Origin: a virus
Lineage: Duplodnaviria > Caudoviricetes
Reading direction: 5' to 3' (one strand)
Length of the DNA stretch: 35,545 bases
Virus record (IMG/VR): IMGVR_UViG_3300017716_002757
Location: 1-35,545 of that record
Below the pieces are notes generated by a model that saw only the letters and a list, made by a program, of their open reading frames with translations, was not told the origin of the DNA and ran no database searches. The position numbers were made by a program, and so were the translations under genes. How positions within the stretch are numbered: position 1 is the stretch's first letter; every line of letters begins with the position of its first letter. Shown one piece after another: positions 9,603-18,277 of this stretch.

Positions 9603-10295
9603 ATGACAAAAAAACAATTGAGAAACCTCATTCGTGAATGTATTTCCGAAGTAAAACTCGTTAATGTAATAAAAGAAATAGTGAATGAGACATTAAAACC
9701 GATGAAATTCAGTAAACAACCATCATTGGAGGCCAAGATGGAAGAATTGGCAGAGGAAGTTTCCAAGGCAAACAAGGACGCCAAAGTTGTTTATGACGAC
9801 AACAAGAGATACAACGTATGTGACTGTGATCCTCACTATTTTAGCATTCACCCAATGACCGACGACAGTTTTGATGTAACTTATTTCAAAAATAAAACCG
9901 ACAGAACCAAGAAATTTAATTTAAATTTTGAAGAGTTAACCAAGTATGTAACTGAAACTCTCAAGGAAAATGGACCTGATTTTGGACAAAAGAAGTGGGA
10001 AAAGTGCGCGGCAAATTCAGTAGACAAAGACGGAAAGAAAAATCTTGACAAACCACAAGAAACGGACGAAAAGGTAAAAGACGCAGTTGAAAACAAGGAT
10101 GATCTACCAACGTCTCCAATGAAATCGGTTGAAAAAATAAAGAAACAAGCAGACCACAGTGTTAAGGATGCAAATGCAGATGGCAGACGAAATGTGGGTA
10201 AATTTGTAGATTACAAGTATCCAAAACAAAAAGATGATAAAATTGTGATTAAACAAAAACAATTCAAAGCAAAAGGTAGACCAAAAAAAGATTAA
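9603..10295 (+). CDS. Highly charged hypothetical protein, possibly virion-internal
   Basis: 230-aa ORF; N-terminal LRNLIRE / VIKE amphipathic repeats; K/D/E-rich C-half; flanked by an ATATTTAT motif and a terminator. Confidence 0.7.
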   Translation: MTKKQLRNLIRECISEVKLVNVIKEIVNETLKPMKFSKQPSLEAKMEELAEEVSKANKDAKVVYDDNKRYNVCDCDPHYFSIHPMTDDSFDVTYFKNKTDRTKKFNLNFEELTKYVTETLKENGPDFGQKKWEKCAANSVDKDGKKNLDKPQETDEKVKDAVENKDDLPTSPMKSVEKIKKQADHSVKDANADGRRNVGKFVDYKYPKQKDDKIVIKQKQFKAKGRPKKD

Positions 10296-10310
10296 TTTAA
10301 ATTTAAAATC

Positions 10311-10340
10311 AAACCGTCAATTTACTTTGACGGTTTTTTT
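10311..10340 (+). terminator. Intrinsic terminator
   Basis: AAACCGTCAA-tttact-TTGACGGTTT continuing into a T-run. Confidence 0.9.
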
Positions 10341-10342
10341 GT

Positions 10343-10370
10343 TTGACGTTTAGAGAAAGTGATGTAAAGT
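10343..10370 (+). promoter_or_regulatory. Sigma70-like promoter for the AAA+/VWA pair
   Basis: TTGACG (10343-10348)-N16-TAAAGT (10365-10370), immediately after the terminator. Confidence 0.55.
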
Positions 10371-10399
10371 GGTTTCAAGGACACGATCCCACCAAGAAC

Positions 10400-11344
10400 A
10401 TGAAGAACACAAACATCAAGAATATAGACATTAAATCTCTAATCAAAGAGAGTCATACAATCAAGCCAGCGGAACTTGTAATTGACAACACCAAATGGAA
10501 GTATTTGGTAAGATCCGTGTATCGTGGAAAGAACATTTTGATTGTTGGTCCTACTGGATGTGGCAAGACATTGGCTGCACAATCTGTTGCCAAGGCATTG
10601 AATCGTCCGTACTTTTATTTTAATTTGGGAGCCACACAGGATGCACGCGCATCACTCATCGGCAACACCCATTACAACAAAGAAACAGGAACGTATTTCA
10701 GTGAATCTACCTTTGTCAAGGCAATCAAAACTCCAAATTCGGTAATTCTTCTTGATGAAATGAGTCGGGCACATCACGATGCATGGAATGTCTTGATGAC
10801 TGTATTGGATGATTTGCAACGTTATTTGCGCTTGGATGAAAAACAAGACAGTGAAGTGGTCAAGGTAGCTCCCGGAGTTTGTTTTATTGGAACTGCTAAC
10901 ATTGGAAACGAATACACTTCTACCCGAGTCATGGACAGGGCACTAATGAGTCGGTTTCCCATCAAGATTGAAATGACTCCGATGGATTTTAAAACTGAAT
11001 TTGAATATTTAAAATCACGATTCTCTATCACCGATGAACCTTCATTGAAGCTTCTATCTAATGTATGTGAAATTGCAAATCTTACCCGTGAACAAATTAA
11101 GAATGAAGATAGTAAGATTACCAATTTTATTCCGACTCGTTCTACGGTTGAAATAAGCGAACTCATTCTGGATGGATTTGATTTGACCGAAATCGCAGAA
11201 ACTGCAATCTATCCCAATTTTATGAATGACGGTGGAGTTGACAGTGAACGAACCTATATGAAACAGGTTGTTCAAAAGTATATTCCAACTACCTCTCCCA
11301 ATACTCTAATTAACGATCCGCTGGATAGTCAACCCCCATTCTAA
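10400..11344 (+). CDS. MoxR-class AAA+ ATPase (CbbQ/NirQ/NorQ/CobS-like; start refined to ATG 10400)
   Basis: Walker A GPTGCGKT, Walker B ILLDEMSRA, FIGTANIG, MDRALMSRF, PTR sensor 2. Confidence 0.9.
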   Translation: MKNTNIKNIDIKSLIKESHTIKPAELVIDNTKWKYLVRSVYRGKNILIVGPTGCGKTLAAQSVAKALNRPYFYFNLGATQDARASLIGNTHYNKETGTYFSESTFVKAIKTPNSVILLDEMSRAHHDAWNVLMTVLDDLQRYLRLDEKQDSEVVKVAPGVCFIGTANIGNEYTSTRVMDRALMSRFPIKIEMTPMDFKTEFEYLKSRFSITDEPSLKLLSNVCEIANLTREQIKNEDSKITNFIPTRSTVEISELILDGFDLTEIAETAIYPNFMNDGGVDSERTYMKQVVQKYIPTTSPNTLINDPLDSQPPF

Positions 11345-11353
11345 TCTAAAGAT

Positions 11354-13429
11354 ATGGATATAACATACAGTGATTACTGGTTGGAAGATTTTGAATTTGA
11401 TGATGTTGATAAGCAAAATGCCATCCATACAAATTTAATCAAGTTGTCTATGGCTCGTAGAGCTATTAGTAACTTTGTTCATATTTTGACTAATAAGAAT
11501 ATTCCTGTATTTTTCAATGACGGAGGTGATAATTCTACAGATGGAAAGTCTGTTTATATTTCGTCCGATATTGTAAAAAAGGAAGATTTTGATACTGCGG
11601 TAGGACTTGCCTTACATGAAGGTAGTCATGTTATATTGTCCGATTTTGATATTTTCAAGACTATTTGGCAAAGGGTTCCTAGTACTGTGTATAAACACGC
11701 AGAGAAACTTCAAATTTCAAAAGAAGATATTCATATTTTTGTAAAACATATTCTTAATTATATTGAGGATCGTTATATTGATAATTTTGTATACAAAAAC
11801 GCCCCTGGTTATCGTGGTTATTATACTGCATTGTATGACACATATTTCCACAGTGGTAAAATTGACGAAATGTTGAAGAGTCAATTATACAGAACTCCTA
11901 GCATTACAAGTTACGAATCTCGCATCATCAATTTCAACAATGTTAATACCGATCTTGAGGCTTTGCCGGGTCTTCGTGATATTGCAAAACTTATAAATTT
12001 ATCAAAAATTGATAGGCTGACAACTCCCAAAGACAGATTATCAATTGCATATGAGGTGTGTGAAGTCATATTAAAGAATATAACCGAACATCAATCTAAT
12101 GCATCAAAATCGGATTCACCACAACCACAATCAAATTCAAAAGAAAAATCAACCGAAAAATTGAATGATTCAAATGATCAGAATGAATCAAATGATCAGA
12201 ATGAATCTATTGACGACATTATTGGGGGTGATACAAATCAAGTTGCTTCATCTAAGGAAGATACCGTAAAAGACGATATTGGAAATGATGCCAATGTCTC
12301 TGATAGTAAACTTAACAAGATTAAAAATGCACTTGAAAAGCAAAAGAATTTTTTGGATGGAAAAATTAAAAAGAAGAAAGTTTCTGCCAAAGAAAAATCT
12401 ATTTTAGATTCCATTGATAAATCGGGTATTACATTGTCAACTGTAGGATCTACATATATTAAAGCCGATGGTTCTCACAGTGTAGATTGTGTTGTTGTCA
12501 AGAAAATGAATTATGAACTACTTAGCAGTGAATTATTTCCATTAACAATTAAGGATCCACTGAAACATACGCCAATGGCACATGAAAATATTACCAATGC
12601 CGTCAATTTGGGAATTATCAAGGGCACCGTTTTGGGAAGAAAATTACAATTACGAAATGAAAGTAATACTACAAAGTATATGCGCAAACCATCTGGACGG
12701 GTGGATAAACGAATTTTGTCTGAATTGAGTTTTGAAAACGAGAACATTTTCTATTCAATGGATGTGGATAAATACAACAAGTCATATATACATATCAGCG
12801 TAGATGCAAGTTCCAGTATGAAGGGTGGAAAATGGTTGTCAACTATGACGGCTGTAGTTGCTATTTGTAAAGCCGCGTCAATGATTGATAATCTACGAGC
12901 AAGTGTGAGTTTCAGAACAACAGTCAGTGCGGGCAAGGGAATTGAACTTCCATATGTAGTAATTGCATATGATTCCAATACAGATAAAATCAGTAAAGTA
13001 AAGAATTTATTTAAATATATTCAACCAGCTGGGTGTACTCCCGAGGGACTTTGTTATGAATCAATCATGAATGAATTGCCGGTATCAACGGAAGAAGATT
13101 TTTATTTTCTAAATTTCAGCGATGGCCAGCCGTTTATGAATTACTCAGATATAAACGACAATTCTATTTGTTATTCGGGTGCCGACGCCGCCGCTCACAC
13201 CAGACAACAAGTTTATAAAATTCGTGATCGTGGATATAAAATTTTAAGTTATTTTATTAAGGAACCGTGTGAGTCATCTTATATGTTTGATAAACAACAC
13301 ATTGAAATGGATAATAAAAGTCGCGATACATTTAAAATGATGTATGGAAACGGTGCATCATTTGTTAATATTAAAAACATTTTTGACATTGTGAAAACAA
13401 TCAATAAAATGTTTTTACAAAAAGATTGA
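11354..13429 (+). CDS. VWA-domain partner of the MoxR ATPase with N-terminal zincin-like HExxH domain (CobT-like)
   Basis: STDGK, LALHEGSH, NYIEDRYID; MIDAS VDASSSM, GCTPEG, FSDGQP; low-complexity linker at about aa 245-315. Confidence 0.85.
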   Translation: MDITYSDYWLEDFEFDDVDKQNAIHTNLIKLSMARRAISNFVHILTNKNIPVFFNDGGDNSTDGKSVYISSDIVKKEDFDTAVGLALHEGSHVILSDFDIFKTIWQRVPSTVYKHAEKLQISKEDIHIFVKHILNYIEDRYIDNFVYKNAPGYRGYYTALYDTYFHSGKIDEMLKSQLYRTPSITSYESRIINFNNVNTDLEALPGLRDIAKLINLSKIDRLTTPKDRLSIAYEVCEVILKNITEHQSNASKSDSPQPQSNSKEKSTEKLNDSNDQNESNDQNESIDDIIGGDTNQVASSKEDTVKDDIGNDANVSDSKLNKIKNALEKQKNFLDGKIKKKKVSAKEKSILDSIDKSGITLSTVGSTYIKADGSHSVDCVVVKKMNYELLSSELFPLTIKDPLKHTPMAHENITNAVNLGIIKGTVLGRKLQLRNESNTTKYMRKPSGRVDKRILSELSFENENIFYSMDVDKYNKSYIHISVDASSSMKGGKWLSTMTAVVAICKAASMIDNLRASVSFRTTVSAGKGIELPYVVIAYDSNTDKISKVKNLFKYIQPAGCTPEGLCYESIMNELPVSTEEDFYFLNFSDGQPFMNYSDINDNSICYSGADAAAHTRQQVYKIRDRGYKILSYFIKEPCESSYMFDKQHIEMDNKSRDTFKMMYGNGASFVNIKNIFDIVKTINKMFLQKD
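12170..12205 (+). repeat. 18-bp in-frame tandem duplication (SNDQNE x2)
   Basis: TCAAATGATCAGAATGAA at 12170-12187 and 12188-12205. Confidence 0.85.
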
Positions 13430-13454
13430 CATAACTCTTTGAGTGTGTTAAATT
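13426..13454 (+). promoter_or_regulatory. Sigma70-like promoter with extended -10
   Basis: TTGACA (13426-13431)-N17-TAAATT (13449-13454), preceded by TG. Confidence 0.7.
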
Positions 13455-13499
13455 TAAGATGTCGGTTAAATATAAACAAAAAATAAAAAGGAAAATAAT

Positions 13500-13892
13500 A
13501 TGAGTAATACAATGAAAAAGACGGACCGTAAAAACAAGACCAATCAAGTGGTTAAATGGCCAAGTGCAGATTCGTTCTTCACCGTCAAGACGATAAATGC
13601 AGACAATAGTGATTTTAAGGAAATTACACTACGAGTTCGTCTAAAAACGGCTCTTGACGAAGGACTTATTTCGGCACTCGGAACTATTCCCGGAGGCAAG
13701 GGTCGGCCAACAATCGCATTTGCGATGAATCCAGTTTCTTCAAAGGCATTGGACGCCGCCAAGAATGCACAAGTTAATCTGCACGATCGTTATCTGGTCA
13801 ATGTTGTTAACATCAAGGCAGATTCTACGGCTTCTCAAACCGAAACCTCGGAAATATCAGTATCAACCAAATCCGAAAAGGTTAATGCCTAA
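13500..13892 (+). CDS. Putative winged-helix DNA-binding protein
   Basis: FTVKTI...ITLRVRLKTALDEGLISALGTIPGGKGRPTIAF resembles a wHTH recognition helix plus GRP wing; has its own promoter and terminator. Confidence 0.55.
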   Translation: MSNTMKKTDRKNKTNQVVKWPSADSFFTVKTINADNSDFKEITLRVRLKTALDEGLISALGTIPGGKGRPTIAFAMNPVSSKALDAAKNAQVNLHDRYLVNVVNIKADSTASQTETSEISVSTKSEKVNA

Positions 13893-13912
13893 GAAACAAA
13901 AAATTAGTAATA

Positions 13913-13953
13913 AAAAGGTGTCGTATATCAAATTATACGACACCTTTTCTTTT
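13913..13953 (+). terminator. Intrinsic terminator
   Basis: AAAAGGTGTCGTAT (13913-13926) pairs perfectly with ATACGACACCTTTT (13935-13948), followed by CTTTT. Confidence 0.88.
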
Positions 13954-14038
13954 GAAGATAACTCTTAGATCAAGGAGGATTTGAGCTTGATGTCAATATA
14001 TATGATAACGGACTTTACAAACTCATAAGATTACAAAA

Positions 14039-14257
14039 ATGAAAGATATTATTATACTATATTTGGATAAATTTAAGAAAAAGTTTTTGGTATACAAAGA
14101 AACAGAATTGTATGATATGGAACTTCCATTGGAATATGTTGATGATGGAAGAAACATGTATCTTGACGATTTAAAAGAAAAGTGGGAAATCAAAGAAGTT
14201 AAATCTACTAAAAACGAATTGACTATTAAATTTAAATTGGTTCTTCGTAAGACATAA
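14039..14257 (+). CDS. Hypothetical protein (72 aa)
   Basis: ATG-initiated ORF on the local coding strand filling the gap before the methyltransferase. Confidence 0.6.
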   Translation: MKDIIILYLDKFKKKFLVYKETELYDMELPLEYVDDGRNMYLDDLKEKWEIKEVKSTKNELTIKFKLVLRKT

Positions 14258-14268
14258 TATCCATAAAA

Positions 14269-15147
14269 ATGACAAAACAATACAAACAATTGCTTCCATT
14301 TGATGTCAACGTAAGAGTAAAAGATCAATTTAAAATTCTTCCATTGAGTATAATGGAATTCCAAAATCAAAAAGAGTGGGATTTTGCTTATTTTGATCAA
14401 GACGAAACAGAGTTAAGACGTAGCGAAGATGCCGAATATTTACCTGGACTTGGAATGAGCGAGTTTAGTTCTGCTGTATGTGAATTTGTATTGAGATATT
14501 GGAGTCTAAAAAATTCAATTGTGGTAGATCCTTTTGCCGGAAGAGCTACTAGAGCGATTATATCATCCAAATTAAATAGAAAATATTACGGTTACGAAAT
14601 TTCCCCAAAGACATATCAAAGAAGTGTTGATCATTATAAAAAATGTGCAGTTGATCCAACTTTGTTTTTATCAGATGGATGTAAATTGGCAAATACAGAT
14701 GATAATTTTGCACATTTGGTAATGACGTGTCCGCCATATGGCAACATTGAAAAATATGAATCAACAGAAAATCAATTAAGTGATATTAGAAATTATGATG
14801 ATTTTCTTAAAAAAATAAATGAATGTATCGGTAATATCCACAGAGTCTTAAAGCCGGGAGGATTTTGTTGTTGGATAGTGGCAGACTATAGAGATGCAAC
14901 CGGATTCAAACAATTTTCCAACGACAGCATCAATTTATTTAAAAATAATAATATGATATCCCATGATACTGTTATTATCAAAAATAATAGTCCGTTTGCA
15001 CCACTTCAAGCCGGAAAATGTGCATCAAAAAGAATAACTGCCAAGACACACGAATACATTTTAGTGTTCAGAAAACAGGGAGATTTAGACACAACAGAAT
15101 TGCAATCAGATAATGATTGGAAATCCAGTGACGAATTTTTTGGTTAA
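14269..15147 (+). CDS. Amino (N6-A/N4-C) DNA methyltransferase-like protein
   Basis: SAM-binding VVDPFAGRATR and YYGYEI, catalytic TCPPY, LKPGG, KTHEYILVFRK. Confidence 0.85.
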   Translation: MTKQYKQLLPFDVNVRVKDQFKILPLSIMEFQNQKEWDFAYFDQDETELRRSEDAEYLPGLGMSEFSSAVCEFVLRYWSLKNSIVVDPFAGRATRAIISSKLNRKYYGYEISPKTYQRSVDHYKKCAVDPTLFLSDGCKLANTDDNFAHLVMTCPPYGNIEKYESTENQLSDIRNYDDFLKKINECIGNIHRVLKPGGFCCWIVADYRDATGFKQFSNDSINLFKNNNMISHDTVIIKNNSPFAPLQAGKCASKRITAKTHEYILVFRKQGDLDTTELQSDNDWKSSDEFFG

Positions 15148-15152
15148 AACAT

Positions 15153-15181
15153 TTGACTTATTTTAAACAGTGGTGTATGAT
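15153..15181 (+). promoter_or_regulatory. Near-consensus sigma70 promoter for uvsE
   Basis: TTGACT (15153-15158)-N17-TATGAT (15176-15181); ATG at 15189. Confidence 0.8.
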
Positions 15182-15188
15182 GTACTCA

Positions 15189-16106
15189 ATGAAAAAATCA
15201 CTATGTTGCATGAGTTTAAAATTACAAGAAAGTGGTATTCGCGCCAATACCATGACCAGAACCCGGTTTCTTGCATTGGAGCGAAAAAGCGCAGAACGCA
15301 TTGTTGCAGATCGCACTCTTAACAATGTGGTCGTAACGCGAAAAACTCTAGAATTTTGTGCTTCCAAAAAATGGAATTATAGAATTAGTAGCGGTATGAT
15401 GCCACTTCAAACTCTACCATATGCAAATCTGAGTATGGCAAATAATTATAATTTTGACATCATCAAACGTGAATTCAAATTGTGTGCGGATGTTATCAAA
15501 AAATACAATATGCGATGCAGTACTCACCCAGATCAATTTGTTGTGCCTGCTAGTGCAAATCCAAATGTTTCTAAAAAATCAGTGGAAGAATTGATTGTTC
15601 ATGGTGACATGATGGATCTGATGGAATTGCCTCAATCGTATGATGCACCCATCAATATTCATATGAATTCTTATAAAGGTGATATCAAAGAAATTGCTAA
15701 ACGTTTTATTGATGTATACAACAATTTACCTATCAATGTAAAATCTCGGTTAGTACTCGAAAATGAAGACAAGCCAAATAGTTGGAAGGTAGAACAGTTG
15801 TATGACTTGATTTATTCAAACACGGGCATTCCAATCACTTACGACAATCTCCATTTTCGTTGTAACCCAGGCAAATTGTCTACTACGGAAGCATTAAAAC
15901 TTGCCATTAGTACATGGGGAAAATATCGTCCATTATTTCATTTTAGTGACAATGCCACTGACAATAAAAATCCAAGAGCACACGCTGATTACGTTCGCGA
16001 ATTGCCAGTTGAATATAAAAATAATATTAATGATATTGATTTTGAATTTGAATTTAAAGCGAAAGACTATGCTATTGAAAAGTTTGAAACTGAATACAAA
16101 TTATAA
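15189..16106 (+). CDS. uvsE: UV-damage endonuclease UvsE/UVDE (start refined to ATG 15189)
   Basis: YRISSG, RCSTHPDQF, INIHM, LVLENED, TYDNLH, HFSD, HADY, EFKAKD. Confidence 0.92.
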   Translation: MKKSLCCMSLKLQESGIRANTMTRTRFLALERKSAERIVADRTLNNVVVTRKTLEFCASKKWNYRISSGMMPLQTLPYANLSMANNYNFDIIKREFKLCADVIKKYNMRCSTHPDQFVVPASANPNVSKKSVEELIVHGDMMDLMELPQSYDAPINIHMNSYKGDIKEIAKRFIDVYNNLPINVKSRLVLENEDKPNSWKVEQLYDLIYSNTGIPITYDNLHFRCNPGKLSTTEALKLAISTWGKYRPLFHFSDNATDNKNPRAHADYVRELPVEYKNNINDIDFEFEFKAKDYAIEKFETEYKL

Positions 16107-16118
16107 TAAATAAACATG

Positions 16119-16147
16119 TTGACGATTGGGTTATAGTAGTATATGAT
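16119..16147 (+). promoter_or_regulatory. Near-consensus sigma70 promoter
   Basis: TTGACG (16119-16124)-N17-TATGAT (16142-16147), followed by an A-rich leader to ATG 16204. Confidence 0.8.
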
Positions 16148-16203
16148 GATTTTGTGTTAGTAATAAAGCTAACTTAAAACAAAAAAACAAAAAAAGAAAA
16201 CAT

Positions 16204-16416
16204 ATGATTGTTACAAATAATAAGAAGCGTACCGCGTTTGCTAAAACTTCCGTCCAAGGTGTGCGTGCTCACATCGTCGTTCCATTTGCTAGTACCAAGC
16301 GTGCTACCAAGTTGGTTATCGTTGAAGGTGACAAGCGAATTGAACTCAATGGTCGTCAAGTGAATGCACTTTCACGGGTCATTGGTTCAACCAAGAAGGC
16401 GGCTGGTAAGCGATAA
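16204..16416 (+). CDS. Small basic hypothetical protein (70 aa)
   Basis: Own strong promoter; K/R-rich; uses CGT/GGT/GCT-type codons like the SSB gene. Confidence 0.75.
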   Translation: MIVTNNKKRTAFAKTSVQGVRAHIVVPFASTKRATKLVIVEGDKRIELNGRQVNALSRVIGSTKKAAGKR

Positions 16417-16449
16417 AAATAGATAAACACAAACAATTGTCAAAAGTAT

Positions 16450-16602
16450 ATGGGAAAAACATATAGAAGAGACTCTGAATTTAGAAAGAATTCAAAAAGT
16501 TCTTCCAAAAAAGAAAATAAGAACAAGAAACAGAAGTTTTCTGATTACGATAGTAAAAAGAAGACATTTGATTCTACTGACGAAACTGAAAATGCTTATT
16601 GA
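16450..16602 (+). CDS. Small hypothetical protein (50 aa), not in the ORF track
   Basis: Reads MGKTYRRDSEFRKNSKSSSKKENKNKKQKFSDYDSKKKTFDSTDETENAY*; fills the gap and overlaps the next ATG (16592). Confidence 0.6.
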   Translation: MGKTYRRDSEFRKNSKSSSKKENKNKKQKFSDYDSKKKTFDSTDETENAY

Positions 16603-16939
16603 AATAGTAATATTGACAATTGTTTGTGGAATATCTTTGTTATATACCCCTGTAGTGCCAGTAGTATTTACACTACTGGCACTATTTTGCCTATACAAGA
16701 TTAAAAAATCGGAAGAAATGTTGGATGTTCTGGATGAAAGAACTGTAAAACTATCTGATGAGATAAAATCTTTGTATAAAAATCAAAAGGATATATCATT
16801 AGTAGTCAAGGCGATTCGTAACAGAATCAATAAATTGAAATCAAATGGCAAAAGTCCCGAAAAAGAAAAAGTCCGAACAGTCCAACAACGACTTGACGAC
16901 ATTGAACAAAGAGAACAACACCTTAACGACGAAGAGTAA
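16592..16939 (+). CDS. Membrane protein with N-terminal hydrophobic hairpin and coiled coil (start refined to ATG 16592)
   Basis: MLIEIVILTIVCGISLLYTPVVPVVFTLLALFCLY followed by a charged heptad-like region. Confidence 0.65.
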   Translation: MLIEIVILTIVCGISLLYTPVVPVVFTLLALFCLYKIKKSEEMLDVLDERTVKLSDEIKSLYKNQKDISLVVKAIRNRINKLKSNGKSPEKEKVRTVQQRLDDIEQREQHLNDEE

Positions 16940-17378
16940 GACTCTATTTGATCACATCAATCATATTCGTGAAAATAAATCCGAATCATATTATGATCAA
17001 TTGACTGAAAAAGAAAAACGGGATTTTAGTAAATATACACTTTTGATTGGATTGAGCATGGATTCAGATAGTATTGAATCTATCGCATATCTGTCTCAGT
17101 TTATGGAAGTAATTCCAAATAAACAATTTTATAAAACTTGTTGTGACTTGGTTCCTCACGGACGCAAGTTTTGTAAATGGATTAAATCTACAAAATCCAA
17201 AACAAATAAGGATTTGGTAGATTTATTGTCGTCTCACCTACAAATAGGTAAAGATGAAGCAAGAGATTATTGTAAAATTCTATTCAAAGATCAAGCTGGT
17301 ATAGAATACCTTGTTAGTACGTGTTCCAAATATGGAAAAACTGACAAGGAGATTGACAAATTATTAAAAGATGAGTGA
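16845..17378 (+). CDS. T4 gp62-like clamp-loader small subunit
   Basis: TLFDHINHI, EKRDFSKY...LSM, VPHGRKFCKWIK and LVDLLS...EARDY follow the gp62-family pattern; replication context. Confidence 0.65.
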   Translation: MAKVPKKKKSEQSNNDLTTLNKENNTLTTKSKTLFDHINHIRENKSESYYDQLTEKEKRDFSKYTLLIGLSMDSDSIESIAYLSQFMEVIPNKQFYKTCCDLVPHGRKFCKWIKSTKSKTNKDLVDLLSSHLQIGKDEARDYCKILFKDQAGIEYLVSTCSKYGKTDKEIDKLLKDE

Positions 17379-17997
17379 CATAAAAGCAAAAAAAATCATT
17401 GGTGTATCAGGTTTAGCCAGAGTTGGTAAAAATCTGTTTTGTGATATCGCAATACAAGAACTAAATAAACGAGGATATAGTGCAAAACAATATGCACTTG
17501 CTTACTTTCTTAAAAATGATTGTGATCAGTTTGTCAAGGAAAAATTGAATCTGAATGTATTCAGTGAAAAAACTGAGGATAAAAATATTTTTCGTGAATT
17601 TTTGGTCTGGTATGGTGGTGTAAAACGAAAACAAACACAAGGTCGCTATTGGACCTCATTGTTATATAAAGAAATAGAAAAAGATCCAAGTGATATAGTG
17701 TTCGTATCAGATATACGATATGTTCAATATCCCAAAGACGAAGTACACTGGGTTCAAAAAGAATTGGGTGGCAAATTGGTGCATATAAGCAAATATACAG
17801 TTTTAGCAGATGACACCAGAAAGTATACTGAACCCCCAAATGACCATGAACGAGTCAATGACCCTCTTATAAAGGGTTTGGCAGACTATACAGTAGAATG
17901 GAGTGATGTATCATCAACATCAAACAATGCAATTAATTTGAAAGAATGTGACTATCTCAAAGAGGTGGTCAACAAGTGTTTGGATACAATCATCTAG
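17371..17997 (+). CDS. Deoxynucleoside monophosphate kinase (T4 gp1-like)
   Basis: IIGVSGLARVGKN P-loop, ALA..LK, K...REFLV.YG, VFVSDIRY..DE. Confidence 0.85.
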   Translation: MSDIKAKKIIGVSGLARVGKNLFCDIAIQELNKRGYSAKQYALAYFLKNDCDQFVKEKLNLNVFSEKTEDKNIFREFLVWYGGVKRKQTQGRYWTSLLYKEIEKDPSDIVFVSDIRYVQYPKDEVHWVQKELGGKLVHISKYTVLADDTRKYTEPPNDHERVNDPLIKGLADYTVEWSDVSSTSNNAINLKECDYLKEVVNKCLDTII

Positions 17998-18277
17998 ATA
18001 TAGTATTCAATACTGTTCCGTTGTTGGATATTTGAACATACGCTTCAGATGGAAACTTTGCAAATAATTGACTTTTAAACGAAGGCAATATTTGAGAAGA
18101 TGTATTGTATAGTGAATAACATGTGGATAGTTTTTCACTTCTTTTTTTTCCTTCACAATTACATATTCCATTGAAGTCGTTTATGCAGTTTACAAATTGC
18201 CCAAAAACTGGATGTAAACCCGCAAATCCGTTGTTGTTCAAGAAATAGAAAAATTCCGTTACATTTGTTATTACCAT
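17990..18277 (-). CDS. Hypothetical protein (95 aa)
   Basis: ATG ORF overlapping the end of the upstream minus-strand gene; contains C-x6-CNC-x11-C. Confidence 0.6.
   Translation of the reverse strand: MVITNVTEFFYFLNNNGFAGLHPVFGQFVNCINDFNGICNCEGKKRSEKLSTCYSLYNTSSQILPSFKSQLFAKFPSEAYVQISNNGTVLNTISR

Noticed and set aside
12170-12205. 18-bp tandem repeat as a contingency or phase-variation locus
   Set aside because: Only two in-frame copies within a disordered linker; ordinary slippage.
13885-14042. Apparent frameshifted or TAG-readthrough small gene (MPKKQK...EDNS* then LDQGGFEL...LQK*), coupled to both neighbours
   Set aside because: The first half runs through a perfect 14-bp terminator hairpin (13913-13948), which explains the sequence better; no slippery site or homology support is visible.
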